Shown: in pieces, positions 56,211 to 64,000 of the stretch
How positions within the stretch are numbered: position 1 is the first letter of the stretch
Layout: each line of letters opens with the position of its first letter
Origin: an uncultured Actinomycetota bacterium
GTDB lineage: Bacteria > Actinomycetota > Acidimicrobiia > Acidimicrobiales > SZUA-35
Direction: 5' to 3'
Assembly (NCBI GenBank): GCA_963732695.1
Contig: CAVTAP010000026.1
Span: 268,388 to 332,387 of the forward strand
Length of the DNA stretch: 64,000 bases
The notes under the pieces: model-generated
Databases searched by the model: none
What the model was told of the DNA's origin: nothing
Seen by the model: only the letters and a program-made list of their open reading frames with translations
Program-made: the position numbers and the translations under genes

Positions 56211-57734
56211 ATGTCCCCTGGTGCCACCGGCGACGGTGCCGGACACCTGATCACGGGAGCCGACGTCGTCGTGGTCGGCGGCGGTACCGCCGGCGCCGTG
56301 GTGGCCGGCCGCCTGTCCGCCGCCGGGGCCCGGGTGGTGCTGGTGGAGGCCGGCCCAGGCCGTTCCGACGACCCGGTGCTGTCGTCGCTCGACGCCACCG
56401 GCGCCCTGGCCCGGCCCGACCGGTTCGACCACTCGATCGACGCCGTCACCGGTACCGGCCGCCGGCTGGCCTACCGTTCCGGGCGGGGGCTGGGCGGCGG
56501 CTCCGCCATCAACGCCATGGTGGTGACCGCCGGTGACCGGGCCGACTACGACGGCTGGGCCGCCGGCCGGGGCTGCCCGGGCTGGGACGGGGCGGCCATG
56601 GAGCCCTGGCTCACCCGAGCCGCCGCCACCGTGGGGATCACCGAGGTGGAGCCGGGCCCCGTGGCCTCGGCTCTGGCCGCGGCGGCGCTCGTCGCCGGGC
56701 ACCGGCCGGGCGGGCCCAGCGTGGCCCTCGACGCCACCGGGGTGCTCACCGCCTCGCTCACCGCCCGCCACGGCCGGCGACGCTCGGCCGCCGATGCCTA
56801 TCTCGACCTGGCGGCACTGGGGTCTCCGACGCCCGGAGCGTCGGATCGGCACGGCGTGCCGGCGATCGAGGTGGTGACCGACACCACCGTGGCCCGCCTG
56901 GCCCATGACCGGGCCCGGGTGACCGGGGTGGTCCTGGCCGACGGCTCCCTGATCGGTGCCGACCGGGTGGTGGTGTGCGGCGGCGCGCTCCGCACCCCGC
57001 ATTTGCTGGCCGCCTCCGGCATCGGGCCGCCCGGCCCATGGCCCGTCACCGACCACCCGTCGTTCGTGCTCACCGTTGCCCGCCGGCCGACCGGCACACC
57101 GGCCAACGACGAGCCCCGGCCCGCCATCTCCGGCCTGGTCCGCTGGTCGAGCGGCATCGAGCCGGGAGGGGGAGCGGGTGGGGGAGTGGCGCTGCCGGCC
57201 GACCTCATGGCGCTGGGCATGGACCACGTCGGCCCGGGCCCGGAGGGTGCCCGATACGGCGCCCTGATTCTGGTGCTGACCGACGTGGCCGCCGTGGGCC
57301 GCCTCGACGTGGCGAGGCCCGAAGTGGGCGGCGGCGTCACCGTCGATCCCGGCTGGCTGGGCCACCCCCTCGATCGGGCCCGGTTCCGGGCCGGTGTCCG
57401 TCACCTGGTCTCGCTGGCCGCCGACGGCGCCTTCGGCCCCGTGGCCAGCGGGGTCTTCGCCGACGATGCCGGTACCCCGGCCTCCCACCTGGCCGAGCTC
57501 GACGACGACGCCCTCGACCGGTGGTTGGCCGACCATCCCGGGCCCGTGCGCCACCCGGCGTCCAGCCTGCCGCTGGGCGTGGCCGTCGACCTGGCCGGCG
57601 CCGTGGCCGGTGTCGACGGCCTCACCGTGGCCGACGCCTCGGTGCTGCCCCGGGTCCCCAACGCCAACCCCATGCTGGTGGTGCTGGCCGTGGCCGAGCG
57701 GCTGGCCGCCGGGCTGGCCGCCGGCCCCGGTTGA
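56211..57734 (+). CDS. GMC-family FAD oxidoreductase
   Basis: ATG at 56211. The product has VVVVGGGTAGAVVAGRLS, GRGLGGGSAINAMV, and a C-terminal ADASVLPRVPNANPMLVVLAVAER. Confidence 0.85.
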   Translation: MSPGATGDGAGHLITGADVVVVGGGTAGAVVAGRLSAAGARVVLVEAGPGRSDDPVLSSLDATGALARPDRFDHSIDAVTGTGRRLAYRSGRGLGGGSAINAMVVTAGDRADYDGWAAGRGCPGWDGAAMEPWLTRAAATVGITEVEPGPVASALAAAALVAGHRPGGPSVALDATGVLTASLTARHGRRRSAADAYLDLAALGSPTPGASDRHGVPAIEVVTDTTVARLAHDRARVTGVVLADGSLIGADRVVVCGGALRTPHLLAASGIGPPGPWPVTDHPSFVLTVARRPTGTPANDEPRPAISGLVRWSSGIEPGGGAGGGVALPADLMALGMDHVGPGPEGARYGALILVLTDVAAVGRLDVARPEVGGGVTVDPGWLGHPLDRARFRAGVRHLVSLAADGAFGPVASGVFADDAGTPASHLAELDDDALDRWLADHPGPVRHPASSLPLGVAVDLAGAVAGVDGLTVADASVLPRVPNANPMLVVLAVAERLAAGLAAGPG

Positions 57735-57866
57735 CGGAGACCTGCCTGGCCGGGAATCTCTGATCATCGCGGTTGGTTCCCCTGATGCAGACGGACGACC
57801 GTCCATCTGTGCGACAATCGGCGCACACAACCGATCATGGTTCCACCAGGAGGTAGAACCCCCACT

Positions 57867-58568
57867 ATGGCCTACGCCTCGACCACTCCGGTCATCCATG
57901 CCGACGAGCAGACCAGGGCCGCGTTCCTGGTCCGGGTGTACCAGCACCTGGGGCTCGCCGTCGCCGCCTTCATCGCCTTCGAGACGCTGTTGTTCGTCAG
58001 CGGCATCGCCGAGGCCCTCTTCAACTTCCTGAGTGGCGGCCGCGGCTTCGCCTGGCTGCTGATCCTCGGCGCGTTCATGATCGTGGGCAACATCGCCACC
58101 CGGTCGGCCCACAACCTCGAAAGCGTCGGCACCCAGTACGCCGGCCTCTTCGGCATGGCGGCCATCGAGTCGCTGATCTTCGCCCCGTTCCTCTACTACA
58201 TGTTCACCTACGACTCCGGTGGCTCGCTCGCCGTCGGGTCGGCCGCCGCGGTCACCGCCGTCGGCTTCGGCGGGCTCACCGCCATCGGCCTGCTCACCCG
58301 GAAGGACCTGTCGTTCCTCCGGCCGATGATCATGTGGGCCAGCTTCGTGGCCCTGGGCCTGATCCTGGCCGCTGTGCTGTTCAGCTTCCAGCTGGGCGTG
58401 GTGTTCACCATCGCCATGATCGGCCTGGCCGGTGCCTCGATCCTGTACCAGACGCAGGCGATCATGCGGACCTACCCCGAGTGGGCCTACGTGGGGGCGG
58501 CCGTGAGCCTGTTCGCCTCCTTGATGATGCTGTTCTGGTACGTGCTGCGGCTGTTCAGCCGCCGTTGA
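57867..58568 (+). CDS. Bax inhibitor-1/YccA family membrane protein
   Basis: ATG at 57867 with AGGAGG 13 nt upstream. There are 7 hydrophobic spans, plus FLVRVYQHLGLAV and ILYQTQAIM. Confidence 0.85.
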   Translation: MAYASTTPVIHADEQTRAAFLVRVYQHLGLAVAAFIAFETLLFVSGIAEALFNFLSGGRGFAWLLILGAFMIVGNIATRSAHNLESVGTQYAGLFGMAAIESLIFAPFLYYMFTYDSGGSLAVGSAAAVTAVGFGGLTAIGLLTRKDLSFLRPMIMWASFVALGLILAAVLFSFQLGVVFTIAMIGLAGASILYQTQAIMRTYPEWAYVGAAVSLFASLMMLFWYVLRLFSRR

Positions 58569-58795
58569 GCCTGCGGGGCTGATCCGCCCTCTTCCTGTCG
58601 ATCCCCGCTACCAGGTGGTGGCACCTGCCCGGCGCCGAGCCGCCCGATGCGGGGCCGGCGGCAACCGGGGCCGCTGGCACCGGGTGCAGTGGGCTCGAAG
58701 GGCGCTACCTTCGAGGGCGGCTACATTCGTGTCACCACGTTGTAGCGGAGAGCGGCCCGCTGGCCCGGCCCGGCCCGGCGGAAAGGAACCTACGA

Positions 58796-59380
58796 GTGCA
58801 CCCCCCCACGAACAGGACCGCCCGGTCATGGCTTCCGGCATTTCTCGCCGGCCTCTCGCTGGGGTTGGCCATGTGGCAGTGGCGGCAGCGCAAGGACCGG
58901 GCTGAGATCAGCCGGCAACGGCTGGAAGGTGAGGCCGAGTCGGATCGGCTGCGGCTCCGGCTCACGTCGATCCAGGAGCCCGAGCCGGTGATCGACCTGA
59001 CCGACGCGGCGCCCGTCAGCGCCCCCGCCGTGGCTACTCCCTCGCCGGCCCTGGCCGAGGGATCGCCGGTGCTGTCGATCGTGGTCGACCCGCCGGTGCC
59101 ACCGCCGGCATCGGTCGTCACCAGCGGCAACGGCAGCGGCAACGGCAGTCACGACGATCTCAAGCGGATCAAGGGCATCGGCCCGGTGATGGAGCGCTCG
59201 CTGAACGAGCAGGGCATCCACTCCTTCGAGCAACTGGCCAACCTCACCAAGGCCGAGATCGACCAGCTCACCGCAGCCATCGCCGCCTTTCCCGGCCGTA
59301 TCGAGCGCGACGACTGGGTGGGCAGCGCTCGCCGCCTGATCGACGCCCAACAGCCCACCCCCCACTCCCCCCTCTTCTGA
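58796..59380 (+). CDS. membrane-anchored protein with a C-terminal helix-hairpin-helix-type domain, unknown function
   Basis: GTG start, one N-terminal TM (SWLPAFLAGLSLGLAMW), a Pro/Ala-rich linker, and the C-terminus DDLKRIKGIGPVMERSLNEQGIHSFEQLANLTKAEIDQL...FPGRIERDDWVGSARRL. Confidence 0.5.
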   Translation: MHPPTNRTARSWLPAFLAGLSLGLAMWQWRQRKDRAEISRQRLEGEAESDRLRLRLTSIQEPEPVIDLTDAAPVSAPAVATPSPALAEGSPVLSIVVDPPVPPPASVVTSGNGSGNGSHDDLKRIKGIGPVMERSLNEQGIHSFEQLANLTKAEIDQLTAAIAAFPGRIERDDWVGSARRLIDAQQPTPHSPLF

Positions 59381-59383
59381 CGC

Positions 59384-60325
59384 TCACCCCGCCTCGCCGA
59401 GCCGGGTGGTCAGCAGGTGACGGATCTCGTCGACGACGACCGAGGGTCGTTCCACGACCTCCTGCCAGCCGAATCGCACTGTCAGCCAGCCGTTGCTCGC
59501 CGCCAGCCGGTCTCGGCGCCTGTCCTCGGCCTGCGCCTGGTTCGTAGCGTGCCAACGGCGGCCGTCGAGCTCCACCAGCAAACGAGCCTCGGGCCAGGCC
59601 AGATCGGCTGCGCCCCGTAGGCCGTCGTACCAGGACGGCCGGTACTGGGCGGTCCACGGTGGCAGCCCGGCTTGGCGCAGCAACCTGAACGCTCGGCGCT
59701 CCAGCTCCGAAGCCGGTACCGGCTCGCCGTCGAGGAGGAGTTGGCCGACTCGGCGGAGGGTGGCAGTGCCGGATCGGCCGCGGCGGCACCAGCCGAGCAT
59801 GGAAGCCTGCAGTTCCGTCACCGTGGTCAGCCGCTCCAGCAGTGCGTGCTCAACGAGATGCTGTAGCCGCCGGGCGGGATAGCGGGTGGACAGGTCGCAC
59901 AGCGTACGGGCGACCGTGGTAACCGGGATCCCACCCACCGAGGTCACGTCGGCCGGGGGTAGCCATCGGGTGAAGCAGATGTCGACCCCGTCGATGCGGC
60001 GCCGGCTCCTGTAGCCGGTCACGAGCACTGTCGCCTCGTCGACCACGGGCAACGGTAGGTGCTGGCGCACCCCAGCCGATCCGAATGCCACCACGGCCCG
60101 GGGCAACGCCAACAATGCACCCCGCAACTTCATGTTCGCGGTGAGCGGGCCCAGCCCGTAGACACCATCGGTCAGCGGCGTCAGCAGCAGGCCGACCCGC
60201 CTGTTGATCTGGGTACGGTTCAAACCTGCGGCCTGCATCTGGCGAGAGGTCACGACCCCGCCCGACCGGTTGGCCAGCGCCAGGATCAAGGCGTCGATGT
60301 CGGTCGGGCCCACGGCTGCCCCCAC
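59384..60325 (-). CDS. AbiEi-like N-terminal domain plus DUF559 (Vsr-like endonuclease fold) protein
   Basis: 313-aa ORF with GTG start. The N-terminus is GGVVTSRQMQAAGLNRTQINRRV. The C-terminus is LAWPEARLLVELDGRRWHATNQAQAEDRRRDRLAASNGWLTVRFGWQEV. Confidence 0.75.
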   Translation of the reverse strand: MGAAVGPTDIDALILALANRSGGVVTSRQMQAAGLNRTQINRRVGLLLTPLTDGVYGLGPLTANMKLRGALLALPRAVVAFGSAGVRQHLPLPVVDEATVLVTGYRSRRRIDGVDICFTRWLPPADVTSVGGIPVTTVARTLCDLSTRYPARRLQHLVEHALLERLTTVTELQASMLGWCRRGRSGTATLRRVGQLLLDGEPVPASELERRAFRLLRQAGLPPWTAQYRPSWYDGLRGAADLAWPEARLLVELDGRRWHATNQAQAEDRRRDRLAASNGWLTVRFGWQEVVERPSVVVDEIRHLLTTRLGEAG

Positions 60326-60421
60326 GATGCTCGATTGCTGTCGGCGCCCGGAGGTGCGAGGACTGCCGGCCTACGTCACGGCATCGACGCGAACGCTACC
60401 GCCTGCTGGCGCCCGCTCGGC

Positions 60422-60514
60422 GCGACATCGGGACCCCAGTTGCAACCGTGTAGCGGTATGTACCTCTCAGAGGAACATAGGGGTACACGGTTCGAACTGA
60501 GGTCCCGATGTCGC
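60422..60514. repeat. 93-nt imperfect palindrome (long hairpin), lower GC than its surroundings
   Basis: It is centred on C60468 and 39 of 46 arm positions are complementary. The outer 14 bp are perfect: GCGACATCGGGACC (60422-60435) with GGTCCCGATGTCGC (60501-60514). I counted 54 G+C in 93 nt. Confidence 0.9.
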
Positions 60515-60556
60515 AGCGTCAGCCCGGCGAGCGGGGCCCAGGGGGGTGGGGTGGGG

Positions 60557-61432
60557 TCAGTGGCTGTAGTCGTAGAAGCCGCGGCCGGTTTTGCGGCCGA
60601 GGAGGCCGGCTTCGACCATGCGGGCCAGCAGGGGCGGCGGGGCGTAGAGCTGCTCGCGGAACTCGTCGTACAGGCTCTCGGCCACGGCCATGGTGGTGTC
60701 GAGCCCGATCAGGTCGGCCAGGGCCAGCGGGCCCATGGGGTGGGCGCACCCGGTGACCATGCCCTGGTCGATGTCCTCTTTGGAGGCGAAGCCCGACTCG
60801 AACATGCGGATGGCCGACAGGATGTAGGGGATCAGCAGGGCGTTGACGATGAAGCCGGCCCGATCCTTGGAGTGGATGGCCCGCTTGCCCAGCTGGCGGG
60901 TGGCGAAGGCCTCGGCCCGCTCGATCGTGCTCGGCTGGGTGTGGAGCGAGATCACGAGCTCCACCAGCTGCAGCACCGGCACCGGGTTGAAGAAGTGGAT
61001 GCCGATCACGTTGCCCGGCCGGCCCGTCACCATGGCCAGCTTCATGATCGGGATCGACGAGGTGTTCGAGGCCAGCACGGCGTCGGGGTCTTCCAGCACC
61101 TTGTCGACCGACTGGAACAGCGAGGACTTGGCTGCCTCGTCCTCGATGATGGCCTCGATCACCAGCTGACGGTTGGCCAGGTCGGCCAGGTCGGTGCTGA
61201 AGGTCAGCCGCTGGAGGGCCGACTCGGCTTCGCCCAACGGGAGCTTGCCGGCGTCGGCCGCCCGCATCAGCGACTTCTCGATGCGGGCGCGGCCCGCCTC
61301 GGCCGCCACGGGGTTCTCCTCCACGACGATGACGTCGGCCCCGGCCCGGGCCGAGACCTCGGCGATGCCCGATCCCATGAGACCGGCGCCCACCACGCCG
61401 ACCCGTTCGAACCCTTCGGTGTTGCTACTCAT
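60557..61432 (-). CDS. 3-hydroxyacyl-CoA (3-hydroxybutyryl-CoA) dehydrogenase
   Basis: ATG at 61432. The product has VGVVGAGLMGSGIAEV, NTSSIPI, HFFNPVPVLQLVE, GFIVNALL and GRKTGRGFYDY. Confidence 0.9.
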   Translation of the reverse strand: MSSNTEGFERVGVVGAGLMGSGIAEVSARAGADVIVVEENPVAAEAGRARIEKSLMRAADAGKLPLGEAESALQRLTFSTDLADLANRQLVIEAIIEDEAAKSSLFQSVDKVLEDPDAVLASNTSSIPIMKLAMVTGRPGNVIGIHFFNPVPVLQLVELVISLHTQPSTIERAEAFATRQLGKRAIHSKDRAGFIVNALLIPYILSAIRMFESGFASKEDIDQGMVTGCAHPMGPLALADLIGLDTTMAVAESLYDEFREQLYAPPPLLARMVEAGLLGRKTGRGFYDYSH

Positions 61433-61489
61433 GTTCCACACCCTGCCCCGCGGGCCGGGCAGATACAACTTCGGCCTAGCCTTCGCTCG

Positions 61490-62929
61490 ATGACCCCCGA
61501 CGAGTTCCGCCAGGCCGGCCACCAGCTGATCGACTGGATCGCCGACTATCGCGGCCAGATCGAGTCCCGCCCGGTGAAGGCCCAGGTCACGCCGGGTGAC
61601 GTGGCCTCCGCCCTCCCCGCCGAGCCCCCCACCGGCCTGGCCACCATCGACGATCTCCTGGCCGACCTCGACCGTGTGGTGGTGCCCGGCGCCTTCCTGG
61701 CCCAGCACCCCATGCACTACGGCTGGTTCCCGTCGAACGCCTCGCTGGCCTCGGTGCTGGGCGACATCGCGTCGTCGGGCCTGGGCACGTTCGGCATCTC
61801 GTGGGAGAGCTGCCCCGCCCTCACCGAGGTGGAGGAGGTGGTGGTGGACTGGCTGCGCCAGCTCACCGGGCTGTCCGACGCCTGGCACGGCACGATCCAC
61901 GACACCGCCTCCACCGCCTGCCTGGTGGCCCTGCTGGCGGCCCGGGAACGGGCCACCGACCACTCCCAGGCCCGGGGTGGGCTGTCCACCCACGGCTCGG
62001 CCCCGGTGGTCTACGCCACCGCCCAGTCCCACTCGTCGGTGCGCAAGGCCGCCCTGCTGGCCGGCTACGGCAGCGATCACCTGCGGATCGTGGCCGACCT
62101 CCCCGTCACCCGGGCCATGGACGTGGCCGACCTGCGCCGGGCCATGGCGGCCGACGTGGCCGCCGGCCGCACCCCGGCCGCGGTGGTGGCCACCGTCGGC
62201 ACCACCGGCACCACCGCCGTCGATCCCATCGCCGAGGTGGTGGCGGCCGCCGCCGAGCACGGGGCCTGGGTCCACGTGGACGCCGCCATGGCCGGCTCGG
62301 CCATGCTGCTGGAGGAGTACCGTCCGCTGTGGGCGGGGGTGGAGGGGGCCGACTCGCTGTCCTGGAACCCCCACAAGTGGATGGGCACCATCCTCGACAC
62401 CTCTCTGTTCTTCGTGCGCGACGTCCAGCACCTGGTGCGGGTGATGTCGACCAACCCCAGCTACCTCCAGTCCAACGCCGACGGCGAGGTGGTCCAGTAC
62501 CGGGACTGGGGCATCCCGCTCGGTCGCCGGTTCCGGGCCCTCAAGCTGTGGTTCCACCTCCGCCTCGACGGGGTGGACGCCATCCGCGACCGTATCCGGC
62601 GCGACCTGGCCAACGCCCACTGGCTGGAGGAGCAGGTGGCGGCCACCCCGAACTGGGAGCTGGTGGCCCCGGTGACCCTGCAGACCGTCTGTGTGCGCCA
62701 CCTCCCGCCCGGCGTGGCCGGCGACGCCCTGGAGGCCCACACCACCGCTTGGTGCGACGCCGTGAACGACTCGGGCCGGGCCTACGTGACCCGGTCGCAG
62801 CTCGACGGGAGCTGGATGGTGCGGGTGTCGATCGGGGTGGAGCAGACCGAGCGCCACCATGTGGAGGCGCTGTGGGGGCTGATGCAGCAGGCGGCGGCGA
62901 TATCGGCTGAGGGGCGGGCCGTCCGGTGA
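61490..62929 (+). CDS. PLP-dependent group II (aromatic L-amino-acid type) decarboxylase
   Basis: ATG at 61490. The product has FRQAGHQLIDWIADY, HPMHYGWFPS, GTTGTTAVDPI and SLSWNPHKWMGT (PLP lysine). Confidence 0.9.
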   Translation: MTPDEFRQAGHQLIDWIADYRGQIESRPVKAQVTPGDVASALPAEPPTGLATIDDLLADLDRVVVPGAFLAQHPMHYGWFPSNASLASVLGDIASSGLGTFGISWESCPALTEVEEVVVDWLRQLTGLSDAWHGTIHDTASTACLVALLAARERATDHSQARGGLSTHGSAPVVYATAQSHSSVRKAALLAGYGSDHLRIVADLPVTRAMDVADLRRAMAADVAAGRTPAAVVATVGTTGTTAVDPIAEVVAAAAEHGAWVHVDAAMAGSAMLLEEYRPLWAGVEGADSLSWNPHKWMGTILDTSLFFVRDVQHLVRVMSTNPSYLQSNADGEVVQYRDWGIPLGRRFRALKLWFHLRLDGVDAIRDRIRRDLANAHWLEEQVAATPNWELVAPVTLQTVCVRHLPPGVAGDALEAHTTAWCDAVNDSGRAYVTRSQLDGSWMVRVSIGVEQTERHHVEALWGLMQQAAAISAEGRAVR

Positions 62930-63777
62930 GCGAGGCACAGCGCCCGCCCTCGATCCTGCCGGCCCCCGAGCCACCGGCTCCGCCTGCGCCGGTGCGCATG
63001 ATCGCCACCGATCTCGACGGGACCCTGCTGCGTTCCGACGGCTCGCTCGCCCCCCGGGTGCGGGCGGTGCTGCTGGCTGCCCAGGAGGCCGGCATCGAGG
63101 TGGTCCCGGCCACCGGCCGCCCCCGGATGGTGACCGGCGACGTGATCGCCGAGCTGCCCTTCGTCCACCACTGGGTGTTCGCCAACGGCTCGGTCACCTG
63201 GCACGCCGGGCGGGCCGAGCTGATCCGGGGCTTCTGGCTCGACCCGGCCGAGGTCCGCCACCTCATCGGCGCCGTGCGCCGCGTGCTGCCCGACGCCGGC
63301 TTCGCCGTCGAGTTCGAGGACGACGTGGCCTACGAGCCCGGTTTCGAGCGGGTGGTGCCCCAGATGCCGGCGGGCGCTCCCACCAGTTCGCTGGTGGACG
63401 CCGTGGACCGCCGGGTCCAGAAGCTGCTCGTGTTCAGCCCCGAGCGGACGGTGGACGAGCTGTACCAGGCCGTGGCGTCCGTGGTCGACGGTGAGGCCGT
63501 GCCCACGTACTCGGGCCTCTCGTTCATCGAGCTGTCGGCCGGCCTCGTCACCAAAGCCACCGCCCTCGGGCACCTGGCCGACGACCTCGGTATCGCTCCG
63601 GCCGAGGTGGTCGCCTTCGGCGACAACCACAACGACGTGGCCATGCTGGCCTGGGCCGGCCGCTCCTACGCCATGGCCCACGCCACCGACGATGCCCGGG
63701 CCGCCGCCACCGAGGTCATCGGCTCCAACGACGACGACGCCGTGGCCGGGGTGATCGAGCGGTTCCTCGGCCTGTGA
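62926..63777 (+). CDS. Cof-type HAD-IIB hydrolase
   Basis: GTG at 62926 overlaps the decarboxylase stop (GTGA). The product has MIATDLDGTLL, VPATGRP and AFGDNHNDVAML. Confidence 0.85.
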   Translation: MSEAQRPPSILPAPEPPAPPAPVRMIATDLDGTLLRSDGSLAPRVRAVLLAAQEAGIEVVPATGRPRMVTGDVIAELPFVHHWVFANGSVTWHAGRAELIRGFWLDPAEVRHLIGAVRRVLPDAGFAVEFEDDVAYEPGFERVVPQMPAGAPTSSLVDAVDRRVQKLLVFSPERTVDELYQAVASVVDGEAVPTYSGLSFIELSAGLVTKATALGHLADDLGIAPAEVVAFGDNHNDVAMLAWAGRSYAMAHATDDARAAATEVIGSNDDDAVAGVIERFLGL

Positions 63778-63780
63778 TCC

Positions 63781-64000
63781 GGCCGTAGGCCGGGGCCGAT
63801 GGGGTTGGGGCCCCGACGGCGATGGGGAGCTCCGCCGCAGGCGGGGCGGGGGCGGCAGCCCCCTGTGTTACGGCCGTAGGCCGGGGCCGGTGGGGTTGGG
63901 GCCCCCGACGGCGATGGGGAGCTCCGCCGCAGGCGGGGCGGGGGCGGCAGCCCCCTGTGTTACGGCCGTAGGCCGGGGCCGGTGGGGTTGGGGCCCCGAC
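63781..64000. repeat. tandem repeat, unit 91-92 bp, 2.4 copies visible, truncated by the window edge
   Basis: Copies run 63781-63871, 63872-63963 and 63964-64000. Copies 1 and 2 differ by one substitution and one extra C. Each unit is a chain of GC hairpins (CGGCC-gta-GGCCG, GGGGCCCC, CCGCC-gca-GGCGG, GGGGGC-ggca-GCCCCC). Confidence 0.9.

Noticed and set aside
58741-58748. Shared TGTAGCGG (58741-58748 and 60450-60457) as direct repeats bracketing the HhH/DUF559 pair, i.e. att-like island borders.
   Set aside because: Only 8 contiguous identical bases. By rough arithmetic, one or two chance recurrences of any given 8-mer are expected in 64 kb on two strands. There is no integrase.
60484-60500. 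GGTTCGAA T-loop-like motifs (60489-60496 and 30088-30095), suggesting a tRNA or tRNA-derived attachment site.
   Set aside because: The flanking bases do not form a T-stem and I could not draw acceptor or anticodon arms. Both motifs are explained as part of a palindrome arm (60489) or a hairpin loop (30088).
63781-64000. Possible CRISPR array at the right edge.
   Set aside because: The entire 91-92-bp unit repeats, including what would have to be spacers. There is no alternation of conserved repeats with unique spacers, and no cas gene lies in the window.

Overview
Very GC-rich (judged by eye, not computed), densely coding actinobacterial-type chromosomal segment. I saw no rRNA, tRNA, transposase, integrase or CRISPR array. 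About 60 protein genes can be supported, mostly in tightly coupled operons with many ATGA/GTGA/TGATG start-stop overlaps. Content from left to right: (1) a minus-strand catabolic operon: TetR-like regulator, tandem-fused family III CoA-transferase, Rieske oxygenase, LLM monooxygenase, alpha/beta hydrolase, 2OG oxygenase. (2) Lin0512-family protein and a D-aminoacylase-type amidohydrolase. (3) A cell-envelope glycan locus: RfbB, RfbA, WecE-type transaminase, GT-C-like membrane protein, methyltransferase, GtrB/ArnC-type GT2, VOC protein, FkbH-like HAD-IIIC loader, ACP, LbH acyltransferase, second methyltransferase, flippase-like protein. (4) MFS exporter and an OmpR/histidine-kinase pair preceded by two small secreted proteins. 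(5) An acyl-CoA/beta-oxidation-like block: DUF35 protein, SCP-x-type thiolase, hydroxyacid dehydrogenase, two SDRs, crotonase, F420-type LLM, class IV aminotransferase. (6) Ketopantoate-reductase-like protein, DUF167, His-rich YibE/F. (7) MTA/5'-deoxynucleoside salvage genes: MtnP, class II aldolase, MtnA, MtaD-like deaminase. (8) A BMP-family ABC transporter, a cupin and an SDR. (9) PutA and DedA. (10) An aerobic kynurenine pathway: TDO, KMO, kynureninase, 3-HAA dioxygenase. (11) Ferredoxin, GMC oxidoreductase, BI-1, an HhH protein, an AbiEi/DUF559 protein, a hydroxyacyl-CoA dehydrogenase, an aromatic amino-acid decarboxylase and a Cof-type HAD. The most interesting signals lie outside standard gene calls. 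First, nine intergenic palindromes share an outer clamp (CGA(A)TTCT ... AGA(A)TTTCG) around variable, compensating arms. Second, there is a 93-nt lower-GC palindrome beside the DUF559 gene. Third, a perfect 33-bp x3.5 in-frame tandem repeat sits inside putA. Fourth, a 91-92-bp tandem repeat at the right edge has a diverged solo copy at 3.45 kb. Fifth, an FkbH/ACP/acyltransferase cassette is embedded in the dTDP-aminosugar locus. Caveat: at least eight genes are broken by single-base frame changes, which are either assembly indels or real pseudogenes. All functional calls rest on my recognition of motifs in the translations. No database search was run.
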